Positions 18,891 through 28,815 are shown, counted from the first letter of the stretch. The stretch is 64,000 nucleotides of DNA from Candidatus Nanohalarchaeota archaeon (GCA_022729235.1 JALDAJ010000001.1:864001-928000); one strand, 5' to 3'. Program-made: numbers and translations. The notes: generated from the letters alone by a model not told the origin.

Positions 18891-19775
18891 CTAACAACAG
18901 CCACAGCCGCTGTCAGGTTTACCATTACACGCCGCTCTCAGTCCGTGAAGTACAGCCTCTTCTTCAAGCGTACATTTCTCGACTTCAGGAGCCTCATTAG
19001 CTATCTGTTCCTTTATACCTGGTAAAATAGGTTCGATCACTTCTTCGGGATGGTTTAGTGCGACCGCGCCACCGAGGACGATTTTCTCTGGGTTGTACAG
19101 GTTGACCAGGTTAGCGAACGCTTTCGCATTGATTTCATTCATCCTCTCAAGCGTTTTTTCCGCCGCTTTATCGCCGTTACCTGCTTTTTCAAAAACCTGT
19201 CTTGCGTCCCTGAAGTCTTCTCCCGTAGTTTTTTCCGCGGTTCTTGGAAGACTGTTCCCTGAGCAGTAAGCCTCCCAGTGGTCCTCCCCTCCACACCCGC
19301 AGTCCCTGCTGTCCTCGCCGACCTGCATGTGCCCGACCTCTCCGAAGTTACCGTTCCAACCCTCAACAAGGTTCCCATCGACTATGAGGCCGGCACCGAT
19401 ACCGCTGGAGATTGTGACGTAGAGAAGATTATCGACACTGTGATCGCCATAATAGTATTCTCCCAGAACTGCGGCGGTACAGTCATTTACAATCCGGACA
19501 TCCCCAAACGCTTCCAGTGGTCGCTTGATCTGCACCTCCTCCAGATCGATATTCGGCGGGTAGAACACTCCCCTATCCCGGTCAAGAGGTCCGGCAGCCG
19601 CGACAGCAACACGGTCAATATCATTTATCTTGCCATTTGAAAGCGTCTTTTCCAGGCAGGCTCCCATGTCTTCAAGGAATTCCTGGCTTTTCACCTCTTT
19701 AACTATCTCGAAGTCGCCGTTACCAACGCCTATCAACGTATTAGTGCCGCCTATATCGACGCATAGAAACGCCAT
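18891..19775 (-). CDS. ROK-family sugar kinase (glucokinase)
   Basis: DIGGT, NDC, SGIGAG, GEVGH, CGCG..H.E Zn motif. Confidence 0.93.
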   Translation of the reverse strand: MAFLCVDIGGTNTLIGVGNGDFEIVKEVKSQEFLEDMGACLEKTLSNGKINDIDRVAVAAAGPLDRDRGVFYPPNIDLEEVQIKRPLEAFGDVRIVNDCTAAVLGEYYYGDHSVDNLLYVTISSGIGAGLIVDGNLVEGWNGNFGEVGHMQVGEDSRDCGCGGEDHWEAYCSGNSLPRTAEKTTGEDFRDARQVFEKAGNGDKAAEKTLERMNEINAKAFANLVNLYNPEKIVLGGAVALNHPEEVIEPILPGIKEQIANEAPEVEKCTLEEEAVLHGLRAACNGKPDSGCGCC

Positions 19776-19834
19776 ATTACAGAGTAATACATACGTCTTT
19801 TTGTATCCTTCTGTACTGCCCCGAATTTAAGGCT

Positions 19835-20341
19835 CTAGGGCGCCAGTTCGAGTTGTCCTGAGCCGTCCAAGGTGTAAAGATACTCACTGTCCATGTCGAA
19901 ATGGTCGAGGTTATCTGGGTACACGCCCCACTTTGTGAAGATATCAGGTTTGTATCCCATCTCTTCAAACTCTAGTCCCGCGTCCAGAAATCGTCCTGTC
20001 TCGCGGACGTTATCAGTGTCGTGGAAGTCGTCGTTGTAGACGCATACAACATAGGTATCCCGGCTGCTTGAAGATTTGGATGTAGAACACTTGGCGCCTG
20101 AAAGCATGTTCTGCTCTACTACCCAGTCCAACACTTTTTCGTACTCTCTATCTATGTCCGATTCGTCTATCTTGATAACCCACTTGCCAGAGGTTAAACC
20201 AGACGGTCTGTAAAGACTGGATTGCATCCAGATATAGTCGGCGCGGAACTCGTCCGTTGGGTCTAGAGCTACATCTCTATCTATGAATGTTTCCCCAGAA
20301 GGGTTTCTGGATACCAGATGCATGTTGAAGAGGTCTTCCAT
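19835..20341 (-). CDS. DUF1917/BLES03-like protein (eIF4E-like fold)
   Basis: SGKW, AKCST, VVCVY.DDF.D..NV, YKPD.FT..G.Y. Confidence 0.7.
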   Translation of the reverse strand: MEDLFNMHLVSRNPSGETFIDRDVALDPTDEFRADYIWMQSSLYRPSGLTSGKWVIKIDESDIDREYEKVLDWVVEQNMLSGAKCSTSKSSSSRDTYVVCVYNDDFHDTDNVRETGRFLDAGLEFEEMGYKPDIFTKWGVYPDNLDHFDMDSEYLYTLDGSGQLELAP

Positions 20342-20571
20342 CTTAATCCCACATCCGTACCACGCAGATTTAAAAGAGTCTATTGCCTATCGACGGATAA
20401 CGTGATTACAATGCAGGGTGGATACTTTCACTTCGGAAACAGATTTGCAACCAGGTAAAATCTCTCTAAACAGTTCTAACTCTAGCTCTGATTCTTCTCA
20501 AGGCTTCTCGAAAAAGGGAAGCCAGAAACGAAGCTCCTCAAGTCGCTTCTTGAGTTCACCTTCAACTGAGG

Positions 20572-20817
20572 GTGAATGCGTTCACGTTCTCGGCAACGCT
20601 TGACTCGAAAGGACGCATCACTGTACCGTCGAGGATTAGGAAACGATTGAACCTCGGGAAAGGCGATGAGATTTCTCTCTCGCTCAGCTCCACGCAGGTA
20701 GTCGTGGAAGAAGTCGGCAGTTACCGGGAAGCGCTTGAGTTCATCAACTCGCTTGACTCAGTGAAGAGCTTCTCTTACGAAGACGGAGTAGTCGAGGTGA
20801 CCATCAGTGACAGGTGA
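20572..20817 (+). CDS. AbrB/MazE/SpoVT-family DNA-binding protein
   Basis: LDSKGRITVPSRIRKRLNLGKGD. Confidence 0.85.
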   Translation: MNAFTFSATLDSKGRITVPSRIRKRLNLGKGDEISLSLSSTQVVVEEVGSYREALEFINSLDSVKSFSYEDGVVEVTISDR

Positions 20818-21572
20818 GTATGTTCATCGGTGTCCCAGAGAAAGGTAGAAATGCGGGTATGGCTCTAAGAGAAGAACTTCCTCCTGGCTATGATGTAGAC
20901 TTTCTGCTCGATGTTTTGAATGGCGGAGGTAAGAATTTTGCTAGGAGAGGAGCAGATATCAACTGGGTTGCCGAAGCGGTTGCAGAGCTTGATTGTGTAG
21001 AATTTAGAGATACAGGAAGTCCGTTTCCAAGACCGATATTCACACAGATTCAGCTTGACGGAAAACTAATCACCTCATATGAGGAGAATCCTCTAGAGAA
21101 GGATTTCGATCGTTTCTATCAGGGGTTAGACCAGATAGTAGAAGAAGACTGTTCAGTAAACAGAATTTGCGAAAAATCCTTTGAGGATCTGGCAAAGGAG
21201 ATAGCCGAAGAAGAGAACTATCTGCTCGAGGATTTTTACGGCAAAGAAGTCAAGTGGGGAGTCATGAACACCGATCTTGACGCTGAGCCGGAAGCAGTTC
21301 TTATGCCGGAAAACTTTCCCAACCTGGGGATAGCAGCAGTTGATAAATACTGGGATAAAATTCCCAAGTATCTCCGTTTCGAGGATTATACAGGTGGCAA
21401 CGGGATAGATACATGGGACGAAGAAGAGATTCTGGCTAATACATCAGAGGAAGTAGCCGGAGTCTATATGTTCGTCTCAGGTAAAACTGCCGAAGATGCT
21501 GGGCTCGAATACGAAGCTCTTCCTGGTTTCAACAGTCGGCTCGGAAGATTCGAGGTGATGGAGAATGAATAG
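20814..21572 (+). CDS. hypothetical protein
   Basis: Acidic ORF overlapping the AbrB stop; start 20814 or 20820. Confidence 0.65.
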   Translation: MSMFIGVPEKGRNAGMALREELPPGYDVDFLLDVLNGGGKNFARRGADINWVAEAVAELDCVEFRDTGSPFPRPIFTQIQLDGKLITSYEENPLEKDFDRFYQGLDQIVEEDCSVNRICEKSFEDLAKEIAEEENYLLEDFYGKEVKWGVMNTDLDAEPEAVLMPENFPNLGIAAVDKYWDKIPKYLRFEDYTGGNGIDTWDEEEILANTSEEVAGVYMFVSGKTAEDAGLEYEALPGFNSRLGRFEVMENE

Positions 21573-21626
21573 CTTCAAAACCGCTTTAAAACCTCGCAGG
21601 AAAAAACCTGATAGGAGAACGATAAA

Positions 21627-22928
21627 ATGACTGAGATAACTTCGCTTAAAGGATTCTATGACAGGTACCCGGACGATTGGGCGAGCTGGAAAAAACTGAT
21701 AGAAGTAGTGGACGAGACAGCTGAAGAGTTCGGGTTCAGGCAGATAGACACACCAAATGTAGAAAAGGCGGACCTGTACCGAGTCAAGTCGGGTGAGGAA
21801 CTGATGGAGCAGATGTACAACTTCGAGGACAAGGGCGGGAGAGAGGTATCGCTTATACCCGAGCAAACTCCTACACGTGCACGTTTAGTCCAGCAGAGGA
21901 AGGACCTGAAGACGCCGATAAAGTGGTACGACACCTCGAAAAGGTGGAGATACGAGAACGTCCAGAAAGGTCGTGACAGAGAGTTTTTCCAGGGCGACTT
22001 CGACATATTCGGCATCGAAAGTGTCGAAGCTGACGCCGAAGTCATAGCCGCCGCAGCGACGATATACCAGAAACTTGGTATCGAGGACCGCGTAGAGTTC
22101 CTTATCAACGACCGAAAGCTGCTTGAATCCATGCTTGAATCCCAGGGAGTCGAGAACACGGAGGAAGTCATGAGAGAGGTAATCGACGACAAGGAAAAGA
22201 TGACCCGCGAAGAGTTCCTCGACGAGCTTGAGGAACGAGACCTTACCTCCGACCAGGCGGAAAAAGTCGATGAACTGACCTCTATATCTGGTCCTATAGC
22301 GGATACTATAGACGAGGTTAAGGAGAAAGCTCCTGAAGAAGCCCGGGAATCCGTTGAGAGGATGGTGAGCCTGGCGGAAGCGCTGGAAGCTTACGGTGTT
22401 GCAGATGTTTGCATGCTCGACCTATCGATAGCGAGAGGTCTCGCATACTATACGGGTCTGGTCTTCGAGGCGTTTGATGCGGAGGGAGAACTCCGCGCTC
22501 TGTTCGGAGGCGGGCGTTACGATGAGCTTGTCGGAATGTTCGGTTCACGCGAGGTACCTGCTGTTGGGTTCGCGTTCGGATACTCTACAACTGTGGAGCT
22601 CCTCAAGAAGGAGGACCGGTGGCCTCTGAAGGAGGTCGAGACCGATGTCTACGTGCTGAGCGTATCCGAGTCAGTGCGAGACCGCGCCCTTGAGTATGCG
22701 AAGGAGTTGAGGGAGGAAGGCCTAGTCGTCGAGACCGATCTCTCAGGAAGAGGTTTCGGAGGTCAGCTGGACTACGCGGACTCTATAAATGCCGAACGCG
22801 TTTTAATCGTGGGCGAGCGAGACCTAGAGAACGGAGAGGTCACTATGAAGCACATGGACACAGGAGAAGAAGAACAGCTGGATGAAGATGGAGTAGTTGA
22901 GCACCTGGAGTCAGAGAGCTTCCTCTAG
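21627..22928 (+). CDS. hisS: histidine--tRNA ligase
   Basis: KGFYD, PEQT, WRYE..Q.GR.REF.Q, RGLAYYTG, GGGRYD. Confidence 0.97.
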   Translation: MTEITSLKGFYDRYPDDWASWKKLIEVVDETAEEFGFRQIDTPNVEKADLYRVKSGEELMEQMYNFEDKGGREVSLIPEQTPTRARLVQQRKDLKTPIKWYDTSKRWRYENVQKGRDREFFQGDFDIFGIESVEADAEVIAAAATIYQKLGIEDRVEFLINDRKLLESMLESQGVENTEEVMREVIDDKEKMTREEFLDELEERDLTSDQAEKVDELTSISGPIADTIDEVKEKAPEEARESVERMVSLAEALEAYGVADVCMLDLSIARGLAYYTGLVFEAFDAEGELRALFGGGRYDELVGMFGSREVPAVGFAFGYSTTVELLKKEDRWPLKEVETDVYVLSVSESVRDRALEYAKELREEGLVVETDLSGRGFGGQLDYADSINAERVLIVGERDLENGEVTMKHMDTGEEEQLDEDGVVEHLESESFL

Positions 22929-23308
22929 CTGAACTCTCCTAGACCTCTCTGCTGCTGTTTTTTCTCCTCCATGTAGAAGTTGTACTCGCGGGCGATCCAT
23001 CTGGTAACGAGGTTGACAACTGACTCGACCTGGCTGTCGGTGAGTTCCTTGCCCTCTGGCACCCGGTGTGACCTGTTCAGATCTTTCCTGGACGCGGCGT
23101 TGCAGGCGTGCATCGCCTTGTAGACAGGGTTACCGCCTAGAGGAGTCTGCTTCCCATCGTTCTCCGGCTGTCTCCTCAGCTTCTTCTCCACCATTCTCCG
23201 TGCCTGCTCCCTGATACCGTCTATACCTACTTCCTGTATCAGCTCCACGTCCTTATCATCCAGTCTCGGCCTGGAAACGTCTCTTCCCGGGAGTTTAAGT
23301 CTGCGCAT
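22925..23308 (-). CDS. DUF4186-family protein
   Basis: NDGKQTP..G.PVY.A.HA, G.ELT and WI motifs. Confidence 0.75.
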   Translation of the reverse strand: MRRLKLPGRDVSRPRLDDKDVELIQEVGIDGIREQARRMVEKKLRRQPENDGKQTPLGGNPVYKAMHACNAASRKDLNRSHRVPEGKELTDSQVESVVNLVTRWIAREYNFYMEEKKQQQRGLGEFS

Positions 23309-23353
23309 AGTTCATAACTCAGAATTCGAAAGTTTTAAGAATAGGATTTTGTT

Positions 23354-24025
23354 TCAGAATCTTTCGTATGCTGTATCCTGACCGTCTTCTCTTTCATCGA
23401 GCCCTCTCTCATGTATTTCCTGGATTTGGTCGTGCACTAACCTTTTCATCTCTTCTCTTATCTCAGGATTTGGAACTTCACCGGTACTGAGAAAGCTCTG
23501 TATACTTTCATGCATATCTGATAGAAAGTCTTCCAGTCCGTCCACATCTGCAGATACTGAATCTGTTCTTATGCTTTCTACTTCCCTGTAACTGCTCTCG
23601 ATCCAGTTATCGATTTTCCTCAGTTCTTCTTCTGATTTCTCAGAGATTGAACCAGCGATCCTCTCGTATCTCTCTAGTTCCTTTATTCTGTTCTCTAGCC
23701 AGGGCTTATGGTTGTTCTTCAAACGTTCTAGTTCTTGATATGCTTTTCTGGCCACAAGATCAGAACCTATAAGAATAGCAATAATCTCCTCAATCTCACG
23801 CCACTCAGCGCCAAGAAATTCCAGGGTCACGTGTATGTCTTTATTTTCCAGTTCTTCAGTTCTTGATACTATATTTCTCCATCTCCCATCAAGACTCGAG
23901 TCTATAGAACCATTTTCTCCCCGTAAGTGCTCAATGAGGCTTTCTGCGGTGAGAAGATAACTCTTTGCCTCATCCCACTGGTTTTTCACTTCATCGACAG
24001 GGTTATCGGAATTTATTGAATTCAT
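23354..24025 (-). CDS. hypothetical helical/coiled-coil protein
   Basis: Acidic, helix-rich ORF. Confidence 0.65.
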   Translation of the reverse strand: MNSINSDNPVDEVKNQWDEAKSYLLTAESLIEHLRGENGSIDSSLDGRWRNIVSRTEELENKDIHVTLEFLGAEWREIEEIIAILIGSDLVARKAYQELERLKNNHKPWLENRIKELERYERIAGSISEKSEEELRKIDNWIESSYREVESIRTDSVSADVDGLEDFLSDMHESIQSFLSTGEVPNPEIREEMKRLVHDQIQEIHERGLDEREDGQDTAYERF

Positions 24026-24089
24026 AATTCATCCACGACGATTTTGATATCAGTGACAGGTAAAAAGTCTTCCCAGATGAAAGGTTAAT

Positions 24090-25286
24090 ATGCCATACAA
24101 AATCGGTCTTGTCGGTAAACCCTCGGTCGGGAAGTCAACGTTCTTCAACGCTGCAACGATGAATGATATAGAGGAGGGTGCGTACCCTTTCACCACTATT
24201 GATCCCTCAGTGGGCGAGGCGTATGTCCGTGTGAGATGTGCCGCACCTGATTTTGATGAGAAGTGTGACCCGAACTTCGGTTTCTGTGAGGACGGTAAGC
24301 GTTTTGTTCCCGTCAAGCTCGTGGATGTTGCAGGACTGATTCCTGGTGCGCACGAGGGTAAAGGGCTGGGTAACAAGTTCCTGACAGATCTCAACGAGGC
24401 GGATGTACTGGTACACATAGTAGACTTTTCCGGTAAGACGGATATCGAAGGTGAGCCTACAGAGGGGCACGACCCGCGTGAAGACATCGATTTCCTGGAG
24501 GAGGAGCTGGACATGTGGTACCTGGAGATACTGGAGAAAGGTATCGAGCGCTTTGAAGGGAAACAGAGGCAGCCGGACGTAAAACTAGAGGAAGAACTCG
24601 CGGAGCAGATGTCTGCGTTCAAGACTAACAAGAACGAGATAAAACAGCTGATACTTAGAGAAGACCTTGAACTCGACCCGGATACATGGGACGAGGATGA
24701 CAGGAAGGATCTTGCTCGTGCCATAAGGAAGGCGACCAAGCCGATGATAATCGCCGCGAACAAGATGGATACGGAAGAGGCGCGGGAGAACTACGAGGAG
24801 ATAACCAGCGACCCGGAGTACGAGGATTTAGCTATAGTTACCAGTAGCGCCCACGCCGAGAAAGCCTTGAAGAACGCGTCGGAGCAGGGTGTGATCGATT
24901 ACACGCCGGGTGACGAGGATTTTGAGATAACAGGTGAGGTCTCCAGTGAGCAGGAAGAAGGTCTGGAGGAGATCCGGGAGTTCATGCAGGATTATGGCGG
25001 GACAGGGGTACAGGAAGCTCTCGAGAAAGCGCTGTTTGACGAGCTAGGTGTCATCGCTGTCTTCCCTGGCGGCGCTGACGGTTTAGGTGACGAGCACGGC
25101 AACATACTGCCTGACTGCTTCCTGGTTCCTGAAGGCGCGACTGCCGAAGACTTCGCCTACGAGATTCACTCCGACATCGGAGAGGGTTTTCTGCACGCTA
25201 TCGATTGCCGCGACAACCGGCAGATAGGTGCTTCGCAGGAACTTGAGCACCGGGATGTAATCGAAATAGTGTCGTCTAACCAGTAG
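24090..25286 (+). CDS. ychF: Obg-family ATPase/GTPase YchF
   Basis: GKPSVGKST, YPFTT, DVAGL, GLGNKFL, NKMD, C-terminal TGS domain. Confidence 0.95.
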   Translation: MPYKIGLVGKPSVGKSTFFNAATMNDIEEGAYPFTTIDPSVGEAYVRVRCAAPDFDEKCDPNFGFCEDGKRFVPVKLVDVAGLIPGAHEGKGLGNKFLTDLNEADVLVHIVDFSGKTDIEGEPTEGHDPREDIDFLEEELDMWYLEILEKGIERFEGKQRQPDVKLEEELAEQMSAFKTNKNEIKQLILREDLELDPDTWDEDDRKDLARAIRKATKPMIIAANKMDTEEARENYEEITSDPEYEDLAIVTSSAHAEKALKNASEQGVIDYTPGDEDFEITGEVSSEQEEGLEEIREFMQDYGGTGVQEALEKALFDELGVIAVFPGGADGLGDEHGNILPDCFLVPEGATAEDFAYEIHSDIGEGFLHAIDCRDNRQIGASQELEHRDVIEIVSSNQ

Positions 25287-25309
25287 GAAAAATAGAAAGA
25301 AAAAGAGGT

Positions 25310-25867
25310 TTAGAAGAGGTTTCTGAGCCAGTTGAAGAATGAGCTGAAGACTCCCTGTGTTTCGTCGCCGTTGTCTTCACCGTTTGATCCGTCGTACTCG
25401 TGCTCAATGGTTTCAACTCTTTCACCGTCGTGTTCGACGTGGAGCTGGAACCCTTCATCTGTCTCGAAGCTGGCCTGGTACTCGATAATTCCTACACACT
25501 GCATACATACTTCTCCTTCTTCAAGGTCGCTCTCGGTCACTACGTTCATCGTGTAGACGCCGTATCCTTCGTCAGTCACTTCGTGGTCAACTGTGTAGCA
25601 CGGGTTTGGTGTCTGGATGAAACCAGTGAAGTGGACTCCCATTATTTCTTCATCATCAGGTTCTGTAGTGTATACCCCGTAGTCATCCACTCCTTCTTCC
25701 TCGTTGCTCATACAGGTAGCGTTGACAAGTTCAAGTGAAGCCTGCCAGCCCTGTTCCTGCACTCCAGTGATAGCCGCCTCATCTTCTCCCGGTTCCGGTC
25801 CTCCGACTACTGCGGTGGAGAGACCTACCAGCATCAGGACGGATGCGATGTAGATAAGTTTTCTCAT
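25310..25867 (-). CDS. secreted protein with TPNPCY and CMQC motifs
   Basis: N-terminal signal peptide, four Cys, amphipathic C-terminus FSSFFNWLRNLF. Confidence 0.75.
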   Translation of the reverse strand: MRKLIYIASVLMLVGLSTAVVGGPEPGEDEAAITGVQEQGWQASLELVNATCMSNEEEGVDDYGVYTTEPDDEEIMGVHFTGFIQTPNPCYTVDHEVTDEGYGVYTMNVVTESDLEEGEVCMQCVGIIEYQASFETDEGFQLHVEHDGERVETIEHEYDGSNGEDNGDETQGVFSSFFNWLRNLF

Positions 25868-25911
25868 ATCCCTAAGAAGGAAGATTACAGCTTAAATAAA
25901 GAGATGTAGAT

Positions 25912-25929
25912 GTTCGGATATAACCGAAC
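25912..25929. promoter_or_regulatory. palindromic operator GTTCGG-N6-CCGAAC (second copy)
   Basis: GTTCGGATATAACCGAAC between divergent secreted-protein and sulfatase genes. Confidence 0.6.
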
Positions 25930-25976
25930 CTTTATTGTCCGATAGAAAATTAAGATTCCCCTTCACCTTTCAGAAC

Positions 25977-27317
25977 ATGAATGTCCTGGTAATCGATATA
26001 GATTCTCTCCGCCCCGACCACGTAGGATGCTATGGCTATGAGAAAGAGACCACACCAAACATCGACTCGCTCGCGGAGGACGCGGTAGTCTTTGAGAACG
26101 CTTACGCGGCGAGTTCTCCCTCGCTACCGTCCCGCGCCTCCTTCATCTCTGGACGGTATTCTGTGAGCCACGGAGTCGTTTCCCATGGTCCTGAAGCGGA
26201 AAGACTGGAGTCGCCGAAGGTTATGCCCCCGGAAGAGTTGAAAGACTGGGACGGCGACATGAGGGACTGGATGACTCTTCCAGAACTGTTCTTCGAGAAC
26301 CGTGTAAAGACCGCCGCAGTCAGTTCTGAACCGAGGCACCCTGCTTCGTGGATAAACCAGGAGTGGCACGAGTTCTACCAGCCCCAGGAGCCGGAGGGTG
26401 AGATGGAGACTCATGGGACTGTACGGGGTGAAGAGGTAGCTGATTTAGCCGTTGATTTCCTGGAGCGACAGCAGGAGGATTTCTTTCTCTACGTGCAGTT
26501 CTGGGATCCTCACATCCCCTGTAAACGCAGTGATGAGGAGATAGAGAGGTTTATTGATGGGCTTCCGAGCTACCTGGATGCGGAAGAGCTTGAGTTCGGA
26601 GACGGCTGGAACTCTCCTCACGTACTGGATATAGAGAGCTCGGGGGATGTGGAGAGGATAATCGCAGGGTATGATGCGGAGATAAGATATGCTGACAGAC
26701 AGGTCGGACGGCTGGTAGAGAAGCTGAAACAGCAGGGTATCTACGATGAGACAGTTATCGTTCTTGTAGGCGACCACGGTGAAGAGTTCGGGGAGAACGG
26801 TGTCTATCGGGAGCACTGGAGTGTCTACGAGGGTACACAGAGGATACCGATGATAGTGAAGCCTCTAGAAGAGGTGGATGATGAGAGAAAAGATGAGCTG
26901 GTGACGAATATAGATATCGCACCTACCCTTGCCGATTACGCCGGACTGGAGAAGCCGGATAAGTGGCAGGGAAGCTCTCTTAAGCCACTGGTAGAAGATA
27001 AGGCTCGGGAATGGCGTGATTTTGTGGTGGTTGACCACGGGCTCTACACTGTCCAGCGCGCGATTATAACCAGCGATGGCTGGAAACTGGTCAAAACTCT
27101 GCATCCGGGCGCGAGAGATATACCCGGAGAACAGCTGTTTAACCTTGACAGTGACCGGTACGATCAGAATGATGTTTCTGCGGAAGAAACTGGTAGAGTA
27201 GAAGAGCTTGAGGAAAGAATGGCTGACTGGGTCGAAAACAACTGCACGCTTGATAGAGACCCGCTGGAAAGGCTGTCAGAGAAGGGTCCTGTCGCCTACC
27301 GCTACTTCAAGGATTAA
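25977..27317 (+). CDS. sulfatase (Ser-type SxPxR)
   Basis: DSLRPDH, SLPSRAS..SG, DPH, YD.EI, DHGE. Confidence 0.92.
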   Translation: MNVLVIDIDSLRPDHVGCYGYEKETTPNIDSLAEDAVVFENAYAASSPSLPSRASFISGRYSVSHGVVSHGPEAERLESPKVMPPEELKDWDGDMRDWMTLPELFFENRVKTAAVSSEPRHPASWINQEWHEFYQPQEPEGEMETHGTVRGEEVADLAVDFLERQQEDFFLYVQFWDPHIPCKRSDEEIERFIDGLPSYLDAEELEFGDGWNSPHVLDIESSGDVERIIAGYDAEIRYADRQVGRLVEKLKQQGIYDETVIVLVGDHGEEFGENGVYREHWSVYEGTQRIPMIVKPLEEVDDERKDELVTNIDIAPTLADYAGLEKPDKWQGSSLKPLVEDKAREWRDFVVVDHGLYTVQRAIITSDGWKLVKTLHPGARDIPGEQLFNLDSDRYDQNDVSAEETGRVEELEERMADWVENNCTLDRDPLERLSEKGPVAYRYFKD

Positions 27318-27325
27318 GGGGGTTA

Positions 27326-27517
27326 CTAGTCGATTTCTTCTATCCGTTCCTTTATAGCCTGTTCATCCACCTCTATACCTGCCGGTTCCACGTCGGTCTC
27401 ATGCTGTAACCCGTGCTGGTTCGCGTAGTGCATCTGGGCTACACGTATGATTCCCTTCTCGCTGTCGGCTTCTATGACCTCTCCGCAGAGCCGGCACACG
27501 TACCTGTAGGAAGTCAT
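27326..27517 (-). CDS. small Zn-binding protein (DUF1059-like)
   Basis: CRLCG..H....H. Confidence 0.7.
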   Translation of the reverse strand: MTSYRYVCRLCGEVIEADSEKGIIRVAQMHYANQHGLQHETDVEPAGIEVDEQAIKERIEEID

Positions 27518-27651
27518 CTCCAACAGGCGGATAATGTCTGCCAGGGGTTAAAAGCAAGACTGTACCGCTCCGAAATGTAGCGTCGGCATGCGACTAGCCT
27601 ATAAAAGTAACGGTCTAATCATACAGTATAAAAGAGGATTTGTTTGTACAG

Positions 27652-28785
27652 ATGAGTTTTGAAGAAATCGGAATTTCTAAAGATACAGTTTCCAGGCTTG
27701 AAAAGCAGGGTATAACAGAACCAACGGAGGTCCAGGAGCGGTCAATTCCCAAGATATTCGAGGGATACGATGTCCTGGTGGAGTCGGAGACCGGCTCAGG
27801 TAAGACGCTAGCGTTCTCGCTACCGGTTATCGAAGAAGTCTCCGGCGACGAAACGCAGGCATTGATTCTCTCGCCGACCAGAGAGCTTGCGAAGCAGATA
27901 TCGGAGGAGATAGACCTTGCATCAGGCGACAATGTTGAGACAGTTACTATCTACGGCGGGGTCTCGTACGGTCCGCAGGTACAGGGTGCGAAGACGGCGA
28001 ACATCGTGGTCGGTACGCCGGGGCGTGTGCTTGACCTCCTGAAGCAGAGAAAGCTTGATGTGTCTGGAATCGAGTATTTTGCGCTTGATGAGGCGGACAG
28101 GATGCTGGACATGGGTTTCCAGGATGAACTGGAGGCTATCATCGACTTTCTACCAGACAAGAGACAGAACCTGTTGTTCGGCGCGACCATACCCCGCGAC
28201 CTGAAGGAGCTATGCAAGAAGTATAACATGACCCCGGGTATCATCCGGGTCGAGAGAAAGAAACACACCCGCAACCTGAGCGAGAAATATATCGATACCA
28301 AGAGGGATAAGAAGCTATCAACACTCTATACTTTACTCAAGGACAGGGAGCGCGACCTTTCACTCGTGTTCTGCCGGACCAAGGCTACCACCAGGTGGCT
28401 CGCGGACAAGCTCCGGAAGAACGGTGTTGATGCACAGGAGCTTAACGGTGACATGTCCCAGCACAAGCGTGAAGAGATGATGGAAAGGTTTGAGAACGGA
28501 GAGATAAAGGTGATAGTCGCTACAGATGTCGCGGCTAGAGGTCTCCACGTTGACAACGTCTCCCATGTTTTCAATTACGATGTTCCCGACACATTCGACA
28601 CTTACACCCACAGAATTGGTAGAGCGGGTAGACAGGGAGAAGAAGGAGAGGCAATCACCCTGCTTGAAAGTGATGACCACCGGAAATGGCGGCAGATAAA
28701 GAAAAAGAAGAAGCAGTCAAAGGATGATACAAAGATTGAAAGGATGGACAAGGACCAGCTTGACCTGGAAAAGGTCAGGACCTAG
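27652..28785 (+). CDS. DEAD-box RNA helicase
   Basis: Q motif, TGSGKT, PTRELA, TPGR, DEAD, GAT, ARGL, HRIGRAGR. Confidence 0.96.
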   Translation: MSFEEIGISKDTVSRLEKQGITEPTEVQERSIPKIFEGYDVLVESETGSGKTLAFSLPVIEEVSGDETQALILSPTRELAKQISEEIDLASGDNVETVTIYGGVSYGPQVQGAKTANIVVGTPGRVLDLLKQRKLDVSGIEYFALDEADRMLDMGFQDELEAIIDFLPDKRQNLLFGATIPRDLKELCKKYNMTPGIIRVERKKHTRNLSEKYIDTKRDKKLSTLYTLLKDRERDLSLVFCRTKATTRWLADKLRKNGVDAQELNGDMSQHKREEMMERFENGEIKVIVATDVAARGLHVDNVSHVFNYDVPDTFDTYTHRIGRAGRQGEEGEAITLLESDDHRKWRQIKKKKKQSKDDTKIERMDKDQLDLEKVRT

Positions 28786-28815
28786 GTACCGTAAATCTGG
28801 TACTTTTTTACCTTC

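Noticed and set aside
20418-20603. 61-aa Ser-rich ORF
   Set aside because: Atypical composition and overlap with the AbrB start; better explained as a structured leader.
24050-24763. 237-aa minus-strand ORF and similar Ser-rich shadow ORFs (e.g. 41068-41691, 41785-42393, 60173-60697)
   Set aside because: Antisense to well-supported genes; Ser richness reflects reversed acidic codons.
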